Origin: Ginglymostoma cirratum
Lineage: Eukaryota
Direction of reading: 5' to 3'
Assembly: GCA_024137785.1 (NCBI GenBank)
Contig: JAHRHZ010000021.1
Coordinates: 28,382,985-28,446,984 of the forward strand
DNA length: 64,000 nucleotides
Below are positions 38,623-52,474 of the stretch, piece by piece (within the stretch, counting starts at the first letter, position 1; each line of letters starts with the position of its first letter). The position numbers and the translations under genes were made by a program. Under the pieces are notes generated by a model. The model did not search any database. It worked only from the letters and a program-made list of their open reading frames with translations, and was not told the origin of the DNA.

Positions 38623-39359
38623 GCGAATCAACTTCTGATTGAGCTAAACATGTGAATCAACTTCTGATTAAGAGTCACAGTAAAAATTAACATTTTGTCT
38701 TCCTATTTTATATGTTGACTAATCTGAAGTGTATGAATTGACTGCTATTTAAACAGAAACAGCAACCTATTTAAAACAAGCAACTGACCTGACCACTACT
38801 GACAGCTTGTATTAGACTTGCTGTTCAATTTATGTGATGGTTGACACCACCAATCCCAAATTAGAAACGATATTTTTTGTGAAATGCTGACAAGCTTGCA
38901 CGTAGATTACAGTGCTGACTCTGATCATTGGCATATACGATAACAATTGTAAGCAGCTAATACTGTAACCATGGCAACATTGTGGACATGCAGTAAGTAC
39001 CTCCTATTTCAGATTACTAAATTATAGCAAGCCATGAAGACTAGTAAACTGAAAAAAATCAATTTCTTGTGATAAACTGTGGCTCATCAACTCTGATTAA
39101 CATTGAAAAGAAGAGAAAGGTTGAAACAAAATACCATCCATCATGGATAAGCATGCCTGTTATCATATCACATCAGTGCTTAGCCAGAACATTATATGAA
39201 ATAGAGCACAACGACAAAACATATTCCCTTGAGATGATGGGTGAACAGGGTGTAACCAGCATTTGACATTTAGCACACCACAAAAATGCATTGCTTCTGT
39301 TAGCCAATGTTTACATTCCACTGATGCTTCCTTATGACAAAACATGAGATGTGGTCTTC

Positions 39360-40620
39360 ACCAACCAGGCCTATATATAGTGCCCATCCCTAACTTCCCA
39401 TGAAAAGATGATGGTGAGCTGCTTCTTGAATCAATGCAGTCCATAGGTGGGGCATGTGGTTAGGTAAACCCCCCCACACACAGTTCTGTTGTGGTGTTGT
39501 TCAAGGATTTTGACCCAACAGTGAAGGGACAATGATATTGTTCCAAATAAGAATGGTATATAGCTTTGAGGGGAACTTGCAGGTGGAAGTGTTCCTATGC
39601 ACAGGCTACTCTTGCTGTTCTAACTGACAGACATTGCAGGTTTGGAAGGTACTACTGAAGCAGTCTTAATGAGTTGCTGTAATACGTCTTGCATATAGCA
39701 CATAGTGTTCTCCTGTGTGTCGGTGATGGAGGGAGTGAATGGTGAAGGTGGTGTGACGCTTAAATAGGCTGCTTTGTCACTTCTTGAGTGTTATCAGAGC
39801 TGTAACCATCCAGAAAAGTGGAAGGTATTCTGTCACATTCCCAACTTGTACTGTATTGATGGTAGATAGGCTTTTGGAAAGAAAGGAGATGAGTAACATG
39901 CTGCAAGATTCCTAACCTCTAAACTGCTTTTGTAGCCACAGTTTATATACATGGCTGGTCCAGTTCAGCTTCTAATCAACGATAACCCCAAGGTTGTTGT
40001 TAGTGGAGGATTCAGCAATGGTAATGCAAATTAATATCATGAGGTGATGGTTAGAATTTCTTTTGCTGGAGATGGCAGCGCCTGGTACTTGTGTGTGTAA
40101 TGAATGTTGCTTGTTATTTGCTAGCCCAAGCCTGAATGTTATCCAGGTCTTGCTGCGTATGGCCAAAGATTGCTTCATTATCTGAGGAATTGCAAAAAGT
40201 GCTAAGCATTGTACAGTCATCAATAAATATCACCACTTGTCACCTCATGATAGTCATTGATGAAAGAACTGAAGAGCTGGGACATGATCCTGACGTGCTT
40301 CTTCAGTGATGTCCCAAACTGAGATGATTGATCTGCAATAATCACAAACATCTTTCTGAGTATTAGGTATGGCTGTAGTCAGTAGAGAGTTTTCCTTCAA
40401 TGCACAGTGATGCCAATTTTGCTCAGGCTCCTTGATGCCATATTTGGTCAAATGCTGCCTTGATGTCACTCTCAACTCATATCTGATCTTCAGCTTTTTT
40501 TGACTTGTGTTTAGACCAAGACTGGAATGAGATTAGGAGCTGAGTAGCCCTGGTGAAGCCCAAATGAGCAGTGGTAAGCAGGTTATTGCTGAGAAACTGG
40601 CACTTGTCAATGACCCCATT
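39360..40620 (-). mobile_element. CR1-group LINE family 2, ~1.25 kb 3' fragment
   Basis: ..AAISSKRNSNHHLMILICITIAESSTNNNLGVIVD; RT-upstream motifs near 40430-40600; family tail near 39370-39420. Confidence 0.8.
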
Positions 40621-42715
40621 CATGTCTGGTTTAAATAGGAAATAATGCAGAAATTTCAATGAGATATCTGTGATCAAAATAAACAATTTTAATAAAAATG
40701 TTCTTTTAAAATGTGCGTGGCATGTAAGGATGCCAAGTTTGTTTTATGAATGAGGTGTGACTTAGCAGGTAAAATGAATTAATTATTTGCTCTCAAAGAG
40801 AATATCAGTATCATTTGTGCTTGTTTGCTTTTAACCTGGTTTGTTGATATTTCAATTGGACTTTCTACTTCAACGGCACGTTGCAAGTCTGCTGATGAAG
40901 GACCTGAGTAAAAGACCATAATCTTTCCTTCTCTCCTTTCCCACATAAATCACACTTGTATGTTTCCTGCTTTAAGGAACTGCACCAGGAGTAGTCATTG
41001 CAGTCCATGGTTGATCTCTGCTCTCCTCATTTTTGAGTTAGTTGTACATTGGCAGAAGGAAACCAGAAGAAATAGAACCAGTGAGAAGAAAATTTTTGTG
41101 ATTTGATACAAACCATTATTCACGTTGTCAAGATACAGTAGTTTGCTAAATCACAATGTATTACTGTTTGAATTACCTAATCTTTGAACGTCAACAATCT
41201 ACTTCCTGGCACATCATTAGAAATGTCATTTTATATTTTATGATTTAAAAATAATGACTTTCTCCTCATGTAATTTGAGAATGTACATGAGAAAGGTCTA
41301 TTACATTCTAACTGGAGGATTTGAAATGCATGGTTGAAAACTCTCACCCAATGCTGTTCAGCAGGTATGATATATAAATGTAATAGTTTCGTTTAAGATG
41401 AACAATATACCAAAAAGATGGTGACTGGTTTAAGGTCTCCTCAGGTAATCTGATCAAATTATATTAAACCATGGGGATTGCAACATTTCTCAATATAATG
41501 AAGGGAACGTTAGGCAGGAGAACTGTTCTAAATGATACTTCCAAGCAGCCAGGTGCAAGGGCAGTTGGGGAGCAGGCTGTAAAGAGTTTAACCAGGTGGA
41601 AGAAAAAGTATCGCATGATGATATTGTAGTGGAAGTACCTTATCCAAAAATACACCCTCATGGATAGAAAATGAACAATGAGATTATAAGGTGCTTACTC
41701 CATTTTCCATATACTACAGAATTGGCATATTGAGACCATATGTGAACTGAACAACATGGATTGCAGAGCGTCAAGAACATAGCTCTCGTCCACCTCCCAA
41801 GGTCTATTATAGGAACATAAGGAATGTTGCCTAGCCTGTGAAACCCACATTCCATTAATGAATTAAAAATATATAATTTTCAAGAAGTCAAAAATTCCTA
41901 TGACAGAATAATAAAGCTTCTGCACATAATCCAATAAGAATATTTTTCTTAAAATCCCAGGACAATTTTCAAAAATCCTGATACAAAAAAGATTACTGCA
42001 AACTGCCAGGTATAAGTTTTTGTCAAAGACTCGGCTTCCTGTGTTTTTATGACCTGCATCATGTGTTGTTGGTTTCTCAATGATTACAACACAAAATTAG
42101 CATGGCTATTGCAATAAATTTGCAACTTAAATTACTTGTCTTATCGACTACATTTAAAAACAGAACGGTGGTTTCTCACAAAATATATTCCATTATAGTT
42201 TGAGAATTTACCTTTAATTTGAAAAGGCCCCTTTATAATAACTAATGCAACTCTGGACAGATTAATTGCAGTATCATGGTGATTGGAATCTCATAATTAG
42301 ATTTGTTTCACATGCTGTCAGTCTGTATATTATATGCTCCACTTCACAAGGAGAGGCTACATTGTTCCTGATGGAAAGGCGTTCTCAGCTAGGATAAGCC
42401 AAGCGTTGTTGTTCATCACCAAAGCAACAGAGAAGTGTAGCAAGACAAGCAAGAAGGGAGAGTAAAAAAGAGTGGTGCGTCTTGGCACTTGTTCTGTTTC
42501 CAGTTCAACAGTTAGAGAGACGGTAATTAAGAAAAAGTAAAAATGCAGCAGTTACACAGTATCATGCCCTGCAGCCAATAGGCGAGCAACTCAAGTTTAT
42601 CGCACCATTTTATAGGCTGTGAGCATTTTCAAAGCACAGCTGTTGCACCTTAATAGCCTTTCTTCAAGCACAATGAATTAAAGATCTGCTTTGCTATCTC
42701 TGCCTTTGTAGCCAT

Positions 42716-43067
42716 TCACAGAATACCTACAGTGCAGTAAGAGGCCATTTGGCCCATTAAGTCCACACCGATTCTCTGAAGAGCATCTCATCCAGATCCC
42801 CACCCTATCCCCATAATCCCACATTTACCATGGCTAACCCACTTATCCTGCACATCGCTGGATACTATGAATAATTTAGCATGGCTAATCTACCTAACCT
42901 GCATATCTTTGGACTGTGGGAGGAAACTGGAACACCTGGAGGAAATCCATGCAGACATGGGGAGAACATGCAAACTCCACATAGACAGTCACCTGAGAGT
43001 GGAATCAAACCTGGGTCACTGGTACTATGAGGCAGCAGTGCTAAGCACTGAGCCACTGTGCCGCCCC
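42716..43067 (-). mobile_element. tRNA-derived V-SINE (HE1-like), full length
   Basis: Minus strand starts ggggcggcacagtggctcagtgcttagcactgctgcctcatagtaccagtgacccaggtttgattcc; then V core and CR1-like tail. Confidence 0.9.
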
Positions 43068-43839
43068 ATTTTAAGTCTCACTTCTACTGCCTTGTAAACC
43101 CACCTACAGAAAGGGAGAAGAAAGCATGACTTAATACCGTGTTGGCTTTCTGAATTGTAGTTAGCTGAGAAATTTGACCATGTAATGCACTTAGCAAATC
43201 TAGACAGCTCTTTTTAAAAATGAAATACATAGACTGTAGCTTGATGGGGACAGCATGGCATTAGTGCTAAACAGCAGAACAAGGAATTATATGCATCCAT
43301 ATTAAAGATTCAATATTGTTTCCAAATAATGCACTTATGATTTTTGTTATTAGAAAAGACTGAAATGGATATTTATGGTATTGTGTTATTTAATTTTAAT
43401 ACCAGTCCTATGGTCTCCTTGTGGTGGACAGCGGGTGAGCTGATAGGGAATGTGTAAAGATGAGTAGGGGAAGTGAGTTAGCATTAATTTAACATAGAGG
43501 GTATGACGGGTCCTGGAAGTAAGTGGGGACATGATTTTGCATATATGGCACTGTGAGGGGTGAGGTATGAGGGCCTAATATTCAACAAAACAACTGGGGC
43601 AAATTTCCAGACAACCAAGATGGACCTTTTAAACAGCCTGCCTCAATATTTAGTAGTCCCTGTGGTTACCTTGAATCTGTGTCAAGGGACAGCAGTCCTG
43701 ACTGCATGCAACACCAAACCACTGCTCACAGCAGATTTTCTGTTATTTTGGGAGTTTCTGTCATGATATTGTGCCAGACCTGAGAAATCTTCCAACTTGA
43801 GCAGTCTAACCCAGGACCACAAACTGGACTGCAAACTGA

Positions 43840-44690
43840 TTTGCCACGTCATAAGATCAGAAGTGGGGATGTTCACTGATGGTCACTAAATGTTCAGCAT
43901 TATTCACGACACCTCAGATACTGAAGCACCTGTGGCCATATCCAGCAAGATCTCTGCAACATCCAGGCTTGGACTGAGAAACGGTAAGTAACATTCACAT
44001 TACACTAGTGCCAGACAATGACCATCTCCAGGAAGACAGAGTCTAACCATCTCCCCTAGATGATCAATGGCATTACCGCTGCTCTCCCACTATCAACATT
44101 TGAGGGTGATCAACAAGCAGAAACTGAAATGGATGAGCTGTATAAATACTCTATCCACAAGAGCAGTCACAGGCCAGGAATTCACTTCCTGTTTCCATGC
44201 ACCTTGTAAACGATCTACACAGCACAAGTTAGGAGTGCAATTGAATAATCTCCACTTGTCCGGATGGATGCAGTTTCAACAACACTCAATAAGTTTGGCA
44301 GAATCCAAGACATGTTAGCCCACTTAATTGGCACCTCACTCACCACCTTCAACATTCACTCTTTTCACCACCAATGCACAGATGCTACAAGATGCACTGC
44401 AGTAGGACTCATCCAACAGCATCTTCCAAACCCATGATCTTTATCATCTAGAAAGACAAGGGCAGATGATGTATGGAAACACCACACATTGTCCTGAGCT
44501 GTAACTATGTCATTTTTTTTTCATTGTCACTGCGTCAAGATCCTGGAGCTTCCAAATTGCACTGTGTGGTTCCCTACACTCCAAAGAATGCAGCAGTTCT
44601 AGAAGATAGTTCATCCCAACCTTGGATGATAGGCAATAATGATGGCTTAGCCAGTAACCCTATTTCCCATGAACAAGTAAACAATAAGGA
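43840..44690 (+). mobile_element. CR1-group LINE family 2, RT to 3' end
   Basis: ggggatgttcactgatgg..caacatccaggcttggactgagaaacggtaagtaacattc..caatgaccatctcc; tail cccatgaacaagtaaac. Confidence 0.8.
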
Positions 44691-46569
44691 GAACTAAGAG
44701 TGCATTGTTACCCTAAGTACATTTATTTTTAAGATAAAAATGACAAAGAACGTTAGATAATTCCATTGCTCTGGAACAACATACTGCATTGCATCTATTA
44801 CATCAATTTGCTGCTTAAAATAAATCTTAAATCACTGATAGCATTCCTTAGAAGACTGATATTGTTAAATAATTCTTCAGGATTATTTTTATGGTACAAT
44901 ATGATCTGTTCCTGACAAGGATAATTTGTGAAAAATGCTGTCAAAGAAAATGGAAATCATGCACAATGAAACTCTAAAAGTAGCTTTTAGTTGTAACTGA
45001 CAAATGAACAGCTCATTGATGGGTTAACAACCTTGTTTATTCAAACTCCCAGTTTCTACGTTCCAGCTTATCTCCAAGAAATGTTGCAGTGATTGGGAGG
45101 TCTGTGGACCTATGGTGGTGAAGAATATGTAGCTTGGCTATTGTGAATCATCCTTATGACTTCCCAAATGTTTAGTTTCCTTTAAAGCATTTTATTAAAT
45201 TATTCAAGCTGGAAAATAAAATTGAAAGGAAAACAAGTGCGTAGATGAGAAATGAAAACAGTACAGGATAAACTCAACACGTCTGGTAATATTTGTGGCA
45301 TCAGAAACAGAGTTGATGTTTTGAATCCAATAAGACTGTTCTTTGGAACTGAAGAATTCAGATCTCCAGCATCCAGTACTTGGCTTTTATTTTAAGTTAT
45401 GAGATGCGCCCACTTTGTCCATTGTCTTCTCTTTCGTCACTGTCAACTTCTCCTTCTAATAGAACCCGTAATATTACATACTCAGGCAGGGACATTCATT
45501 ACCCTATTACAGTCTCTTCAAGAGAATGATACTGTTGTAAAGATTTATGAAAGTAGCAATGTTCTATTCTGTTAGATTATTATTCCACTTCATTATAATG
45601 CTGGTTTGCAATATTCTTTGGAACAAAATTATTTTACAGAATTCTGAAATAAGGCAAATTAAACCAGTTCACTGACATGTCACAGGAAGTCAATAATTCA
45701 AGGTTATTTTCTCTTTAAATGACAATGAAATGTTCTATCAAATGCAATATGATCTCATTTTATAACATGGAAATACTGGCTTGTATTGTCAAATGATGGT
45801 CCTTTTATAGCCAGTAATGGCTGGTTTCAGGAATTCCTGTCTAAAGATCTTCATGCATTATCAAAATAGATATGTTTTGTGCAGCAATGGGTTTATTGTC
45901 AAATTAAGCTGTAATTTAGAGTGACTGATGTGTGAACTGAACTGCTGATTAGCTAACTGGGACCTTGATGTGCATTAACTGCACATCTTGAAAATCTAAT
46001 AGCTCTAATATTCCCTTCCAACGTCATTGACGTTAACATGAAAGAGAAATGGAACTTCCTTTTACTTTCATAATTCAACTTTGTATTGTACAGCATAAAT
46101 GTGCTCTGGGGACATGGTCAGTTGGTTTGCGTTAAGTATATTTAACTTGGTTAGAACTGTATCAAATTGGTTTGGGCTTTAGTTACATGATGAATATCAC
46201 TTCCTGCAGCTCATAATAGTTAATCTGCAGTGCTTCACAACTGGTTCATGATTATGTTTTTCTGGAACTCAGCTACAGAAACTATCCTGCTTTATGATTT
46301 CAGCAGCGTTAGTCACAAAGATATTTGTTTTTTGCACACTTCAGAAATGTGCAGGTTATAGATTTTTGCACAATCTTAATCTCTGCTCATTACATTTGGT
46401 TTTACAGCATATAATCTTGGTTTACATCCAGCACAATGAAAGGTAAAACAAACATGAACTAGTAGAAAAAGAGCCATCTGGAAATGTTTAATAGTGAAGG
46501 GAAGATAAAAATCTATTACAAGTAGGGAAGATTCAAGGAAAATTATGGTGTCTGCCTTGTAGCTTTCAA

Positions 46570-46771
46570 AGTTAAAAGTCACACAACACCATGTCATAGT
46601 CCAACAGATATATTAAAAATTACAAGCTTTCAGATTGTTGTTCCTTTGTCAGGTGAAGAGCAGCGCTCCGAAAGCTTATGTTTTTTTAAATAAATCTGTT
46701 GGACTATAACCTGGTGTCGTGTAACTTTTGATTTTGTCCGCCACAGTCCAACACCAGCACCTCCACATCAG
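46570..46771. mobile_element. Fold-back Penelope-like family B insertion with perfect 12-bp TSD
   Basis: Arms acacaacacc..atagtccaacagat..aagctttc / gaaagctt..atctgttggactat..ggtgtcgtgt; TGTAGCTTTCAA at 46558-46569 and 46772-46783; hammerhead-like cores on both strands. Confidence 0.75.
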
Positions 46772-47230
46772 TGTAGCTTTCAATTCATAGTGGAACTTCA
46801 GCCTTAAAAAATATTATTTCAACATAATCAAGTCAATAACAAAACACTGAATCACAAACCAAGTTCAATTCTTGACATGTAATTTATTGCACCATTACTT
46901 TGGGGTTTCCAGTTGTGTAGACAATTTTTTTTTGTTTGTTAGATGTGAAACTTTTTTCTAAAAGGCTTGCATTTATGTACTAGCAGTGGCTTTCATGGTT
47001 CAGGACATCCAAAAGCACTTACCACTAATGAAGCATTTTCAATTTAATTATGCAGGAAATGTTATATTTCAACATTCTGTGTTCCCTGCATCGAAATCTC
47101 TGGTATGATAATGTCAAGCAAAACCAGTATAATTTAGAAGAGCATAATACCAGATTGGTTGCTGTAACAATGATGAGGAAAGGGCTACCAATATTTGAAA
47201 TGCTACAACTCTTCTCGTGTGTAATATAAT

Positions 47231-47624
47231 TCTCCAGTGGTTGCAATCTTGCCTTTCAAGTCAAAAGGTCATGGGATCAAGCCCACGTCAAGAAATGAGG
47301 CAAACAATTTAGGCTGTCACTTCAGTGCATTACTGAGGTACTGCACAACTGGACTGTCTTTCAGGTGAGATATCGAACAAAGGCTCTGTGCAGCTATTCT
47401 GCTTGTACTATTTGAAGAAAGCAAGATATTGTCTGTGACCTGAGCAACATTTTTTCCTCTCACCCAAATGTCATGAAAGCAGCTTGTGGCTATTAATTTC
47501 AATACAGGCTCTTACTGTCTTGCAAATTTGCCAACATGATAATAATAGCCATTTCAAAAATAATTAATTGTTTCTTAGAAGTTTTATGCAACATGATATC
47601 ATGAGAAGTATAAGATTTGTTCTT
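47231..47624 (+). mobile_element. DeuSINE-like element (SacSINE1/AmnSINE-related), old
   Basis: tRNA-like head, then aggctgtcacttcagtgcattactgagg..ctgcac..gtctttcaggtgagat..ctatttgaagaaagca, resembling the DeuSINE body as I recall it. An inverted tail fragment lies at about 46965-47033. Confidence 0.6.
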
Positions 47625-49647
47625 AATGCCCATGTAAAGCAGCAATGGCAGGAATTTAAATTTTTCAATGGAAAGTTGCCAGATCAGTAACTGCACTTCT
47701 ATTAAAAGATCTGTTATTAGTTCAGGTCTGTTCTTTGGTGTTTCTTGACTTCAGTTGTGTCAGGTGCTCTTGCAAACAGAATTATCATTATGAAAGTTAA
47801 TTCATATTTTTCTATATCTACTTGTAATTTAACAGGACCTGGGTGTCCACTTGGTGAACTGATGTTAATATCTGTGGCCTTTGTAAATATATGTCTTCAA
47901 TATTCCTGACAACAGACCAAGTTGATAATAGATATGGAGATGCTTCTCATATTATTTTGATCCATAGCAAAGTGTACATGCAGCATTATAGTTAAGATCA
48001 GATTTGCTGAGATTTTAATAGGTCTAGCTTGTCCCTGTGCATTAACATGAGAAAGTAATGAAAATATTATCTGTCCTTCTTTTATGGGCTATGTTTCTTG
48101 AATTAAACATGTGCGTTTTTCTTTAATTTGACATTTTTTCCTTTATTGCCTGTTATTTCTTCCTCATAACAGTAAAACAAACCTATTTTTAATGTGTTTA
48201 GTTTTCTGCTCTATTCCTGACTTTTCACAATCAGAAGGAAATACAAAACATTCCTACATAATGGATGTGACATAGGTAGCAGAGGACTTTGTTATGACAT
48301 AACACTACAGGAGTGTCAGCATGAGTCAGTGTTTTCTTTTGTCATTTTTATTATAATTTAAATCTGAGTGATAATTTAATCTTCATAGAGACTGCATGGA
48401 CCACTTATGTTCAGGGTTCCTGCTCCTGTATTGGGAAGGATAGTAGTAATGGCTAGTCTCCGCATTGACTGAATACGAAACTCTGCAACGCCAGATATAG
48501 ATTGCATATAGACTGGGAATTCAGTGCCTGACTCCTTCATCATAGGTAAACAACCAACCCAGATTCATTGAGGAAAGTGATGCTAGACATACATAAAGAT
48601 AAATTGGCAACCTGTTGAAGCTATACAACAGAGTGCTGAACAATCAAGCCAGTGTCATATAGACCAAGCAACGCAATCACACAAATGACAAATCATGTCA
48701 AAACACTGCCACATGTAGTTGTAAATATTGGTGATATTGGAACATTAAACAATGAAAAGGAGATGACAAGTTTTCCTCTTTACCCTACCTTCTGATTTCT
48801 AGAAAAATAACAAGTGAAACTCTATGTATATTTCTTTTTCCACAGATGTTACCTAACCTGCTGACTGTTTTCAGCATTGTCTGTTGTTATATAAAATTGT
48901 CTAGATATGTTGTTTGGACAAAAAGCAGTGCAACTGCTGCCTTGTCAATTCACTTGCAATCATATGCAGCGTGATGGAAGGAGTAGTCAGCAGCTTCTTC
49001 AAGCGGCACTTACTCATCAGTGCCCTGCTCAGTGATGCCTAGTTTCAGATGCTGTAAGATTTCTTGGCTTCAATATCATTGCTCCCAAAACTTGGAACTG
49101 CCTACCAGTCGTGTGCATGCACCTTATCCACATGGTCTGCAGTGGTTAAAGAAGGAGGCCCAACATCACTTTCTGACAGCATCCAGGGATGGGAAGAAAA
49201 TGACATTTTTTCCAGCAATGTCAACAACTCAAAAATGAATAGCAAACAATCTGGAGTCAAGTTAATACATGTCACTTGGTCACAGTTTTCCTAACCTGTG
49301 ATACAATGAGAGAAAAATCTACACTAGATTTCCAGATACCTTACAGTTAATAACTTCTAGTTACCATTTCAATGTACCCCTTAAAAGCTTAAAAAAATTA
49401 AATTTATAAATTAATGATAAAGATAATTTATTCTTCCTCTGTTAGAAGGAAATTTTGGTGCAAAAAATGATTATTAACTAAAAATTGCTTGTATATTTGA
49501 TGTTTTATTCTGCATAAAAATGAAGGTACAACTTCTTTTTTTTTAAACATTATTACCAACATGAAAGGAACTGGTCCATTGTGGACCAGAACCTTCAAAT
49601 AATGTTGATCAGGGTATTTCTTTGGAAAACAACTACTCATTTTTGTA

Positions 49648-49774
49648 AAAACCAAAAGAACTGTGGATGCCGTAAATCAAGAACAAAAACAAAGTTGCTG
49701 GAAAAGCTCAGCATGTCTGGCAGCATCTGTGAAGGAGAAAACAGAGTGAACATTTTGGGTCCGGTGACCCTTCC
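49648..49774 (-). mobile_element. Penelope-like remnant
   Basis: gttgctggaaaagctcagcatgtctggcagcatctgtg...tttgggtccggtgacccttc; 7-bp flanking repeat TTTTGTA (49641-49647, 49775-49781). Confidence 0.6.
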
Positions 49775-51932
49775 TTTTGTATTTTATATACTGCAAACCT
49801 TCAACTTGAACCTGCACTATCAAATGAAAATTATCAGTCCAGAACATAACTGACAGCATTTAATTTAAAAATGAGTTTTTGTCAGTTGATTTATTTGAAT
49901 TCTACATGTGTCATTGATAGGGTCTTGTCATTAGATCTAAGATATAATTTACTGTGTGTGCTTTGGTTTCATGTATCTAGACCCGTGGCGCTTTAAAATG
50001 TTGTGTGAAAGTATAGTCTTGGCATGTGCTAACATTATCAGCTGATACAAGCTAAAATACAGTAATTTTTGTTGCATTTGCTGATACACTAGCTTCAAAA
50101 TGCTAAAGTTATTCACGTGTTCGTTCAAGCATGTGGGGCAAAAATTAATATTTCTGTAATCCGATTGTAGAGCTAACCATGTGTAAAATGAACTGGGGTA
50201 AAATGAGGTTCTCTTTTGTGAGAATGGAAGCTGCCTAGCAGATTGGAAACAAATAGTGCTGTCCATTGGATTCTTGGATTTTTAACAATTTAACTTTGAA
50301 TGCAGTTTTGCCTTTGTTCCTTTTGCCGAAAATCATTTTCTGAGGATATAAGTTGTGTGTACTCAAGCTTATGTTGATTTAAAATGATCTCTTTCTCATT
50401 GATATCCTTGGCTGAAAAAGACGTTAGAAAAAACAGTAGTATTTTAACCAATCTTTTCTTCGAGTGAAATAACTAAGTGATCCAAAAGTAGTATCAGAGA
50501 CTAAACGTAGTCTAAAAGATCCATTTAAGGAAGTAACATATTTAAGAAAATGCAAATATATGCCAAGAGTGACCTCCCTGTGTTGAAAAACCCATGACTA
50601 TGCTGTAGAGATACAGGTAATGATTTTACTAACAATGGTAGATTCCTATCCAGTGATTCCAACCCCAATAACTCACTCTCCTCGACCTTCCATACCGAAA
50701 AACACAGAATCTTATTTTTCCCCACCTCTCTCCCAATGCATGTGGCCACGCTTGTCGAATAGCTTCTAATGACTACAACTCCTCTTGTATTATTTATGAG
50801 TAGCAGACCATCCTCTCCCACTATCATTTATACAACTAAATATAGGCACCTACCTCCACACTTACTTCCCACTTTAAATAAATATCAGCATATGTAAAAA
50901 AATGTATAATTAAGGCCTAAATTACATCTTATTTTAACAGGAGAACAGAATTGAAGAACCTAATAACAAAAAATACCTGAGTAAAAATGCAATGAAAGGC
51001 ACTTACTCCTTCACAGCCAGATTAAGCTAAATGAGACTATCTATAATCAATATCTTGTTTGACATTCAACTGAGCTGTAAATTTTTTTAATCAACTGATC
51101 TGTAGATCTTTTATTCAGTCAGTCATCAAATGTACATACCTCAATTTTAGAAGTATCCCCTGCACCAAACCCTATCCTTAGCTCTGGAATTCATAGTACT
51201 GTTTTTGGTATCCACTGAGCCTTTCCATTTTGTTCCTTTTCAAAGAATGTGTAAAGACATATACTCAATAAGTAAATAATACATATGTATATTTTCCAAT
51301 ATTAAGCTAAAGGAGCCTATATTGGTAGTCAAATGTCAAAGAAATATGATGAAAAAATTGTAAACAAATGACTTTAATTATGCATTTCCTTGTCATCTCT
51401 GGAATAGTACTCTAACGCTGCACATGCTGGTCTTTCATATGCGATCTACCATAAAGTCCCATAACCTCTGTTATGGGCATCTGCCCTGCTTCAGTTCCTG
51501 TTCATTTGCTGTTCATTTCTTTACTGATCTGGATTGGCTCACAAACCCCAGTGCATCACACACACATTATTTTCCCTCATCAGTAATGTCGACCATGACC
51601 TTGTCATACTCTGTCTCTACATTTCTTCCAGCCTTGAATCTACTTTCTAATGCTTTGTGCCTCTGACTCCAATCATCTGTGAACAGTTAATCTCTTCAGT
51701 AAACATATACCATCACCTAACGACATATTCAGAGGAGATCTATTGGTGTTATCTTAATTTAGTTTTGGGAAAGATTTTGTCCTAAAAGTTTAAAATTCAA
51801 ACTTGGCATTTGAATTCTTTTATATGACTATATATACAATACAACTTTTGTTTCCTTTCAGTATTTATTGAATGCAGGAGGCCTTTTCTTGTGTCCAGAA
51901 GTTATTTTTTGTACCTTGCACTTCTGGACAAT

Positions 51933-52474
51933 CTTAGGAATATGGAGCAAGAGCAGACCATTCAACCCCTTTAAACTTGGTTCACCAATCCATAAAAGCA
52001 TGGCTGATTCTCATCTAGGACTCAACTTGTTACCTGCATGTTCCCCATAAACACTGATATAAATTAAAGAATTTATATATCTCAGCTGCAAATGTATTCA
52101 ATGACTTAGCCACCATAGCTCTCCAGAGCATAGAATTCAAAGGATTCTCTCAGATGAGAGAAAATTGCCTCCGTATCTTCATCTTAAATAAACCATCCAT
52201 TTTTCTGAACCTGTGTTCCTGATCTAGGTGAAATCATCCTCTCAGCTTTTACCTATTAAGCCTACTCAGAAACTTACATGTTTCAATAAGATCATATCTC
52301 GTTTTTCTAAACTCCAGGGCGTGTCAGCCCAAACAGCACAACTTCTCCTCATGAGACAGCCCTTCATCCCAGGAATCAACCAAGTTACACTTGCTTAAAC
52401 TGCTTCCAATCCAAGAGTAACCTTTCTTTTAAAAGGAGACCAAAACTGTACACAATATTCTAAATGTGATCTCA
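51933..52474 (-). mobile_element. CR1 LINE 3' fragment (old)
   Basis: ggagaccaaaactgtacacaatattc (reverse complement = EYCVQFWSP) through a CR1 3'UTR. Confidence 0.75.

Noticed and set aside
38106-38631. ORFs of 143-163 aa across the gap
   Set aside because: Artefacts of translating N runs.
16860-43067. tRNA-like A/B boxes near 16880, 28110-28190 and 43000-43067
   Set aside because: These are SINE heads continuing into SINE bodies; no complete cloverleaf.
26700-48890. Further Penelope-like remnants (about 26705-26830, 45250-45392, 48790-48890) as functional ribozymes
   Set aside because: The family resemblance is visible, but the CUGANGA or GAAA core is mutated, so they count only as relics.
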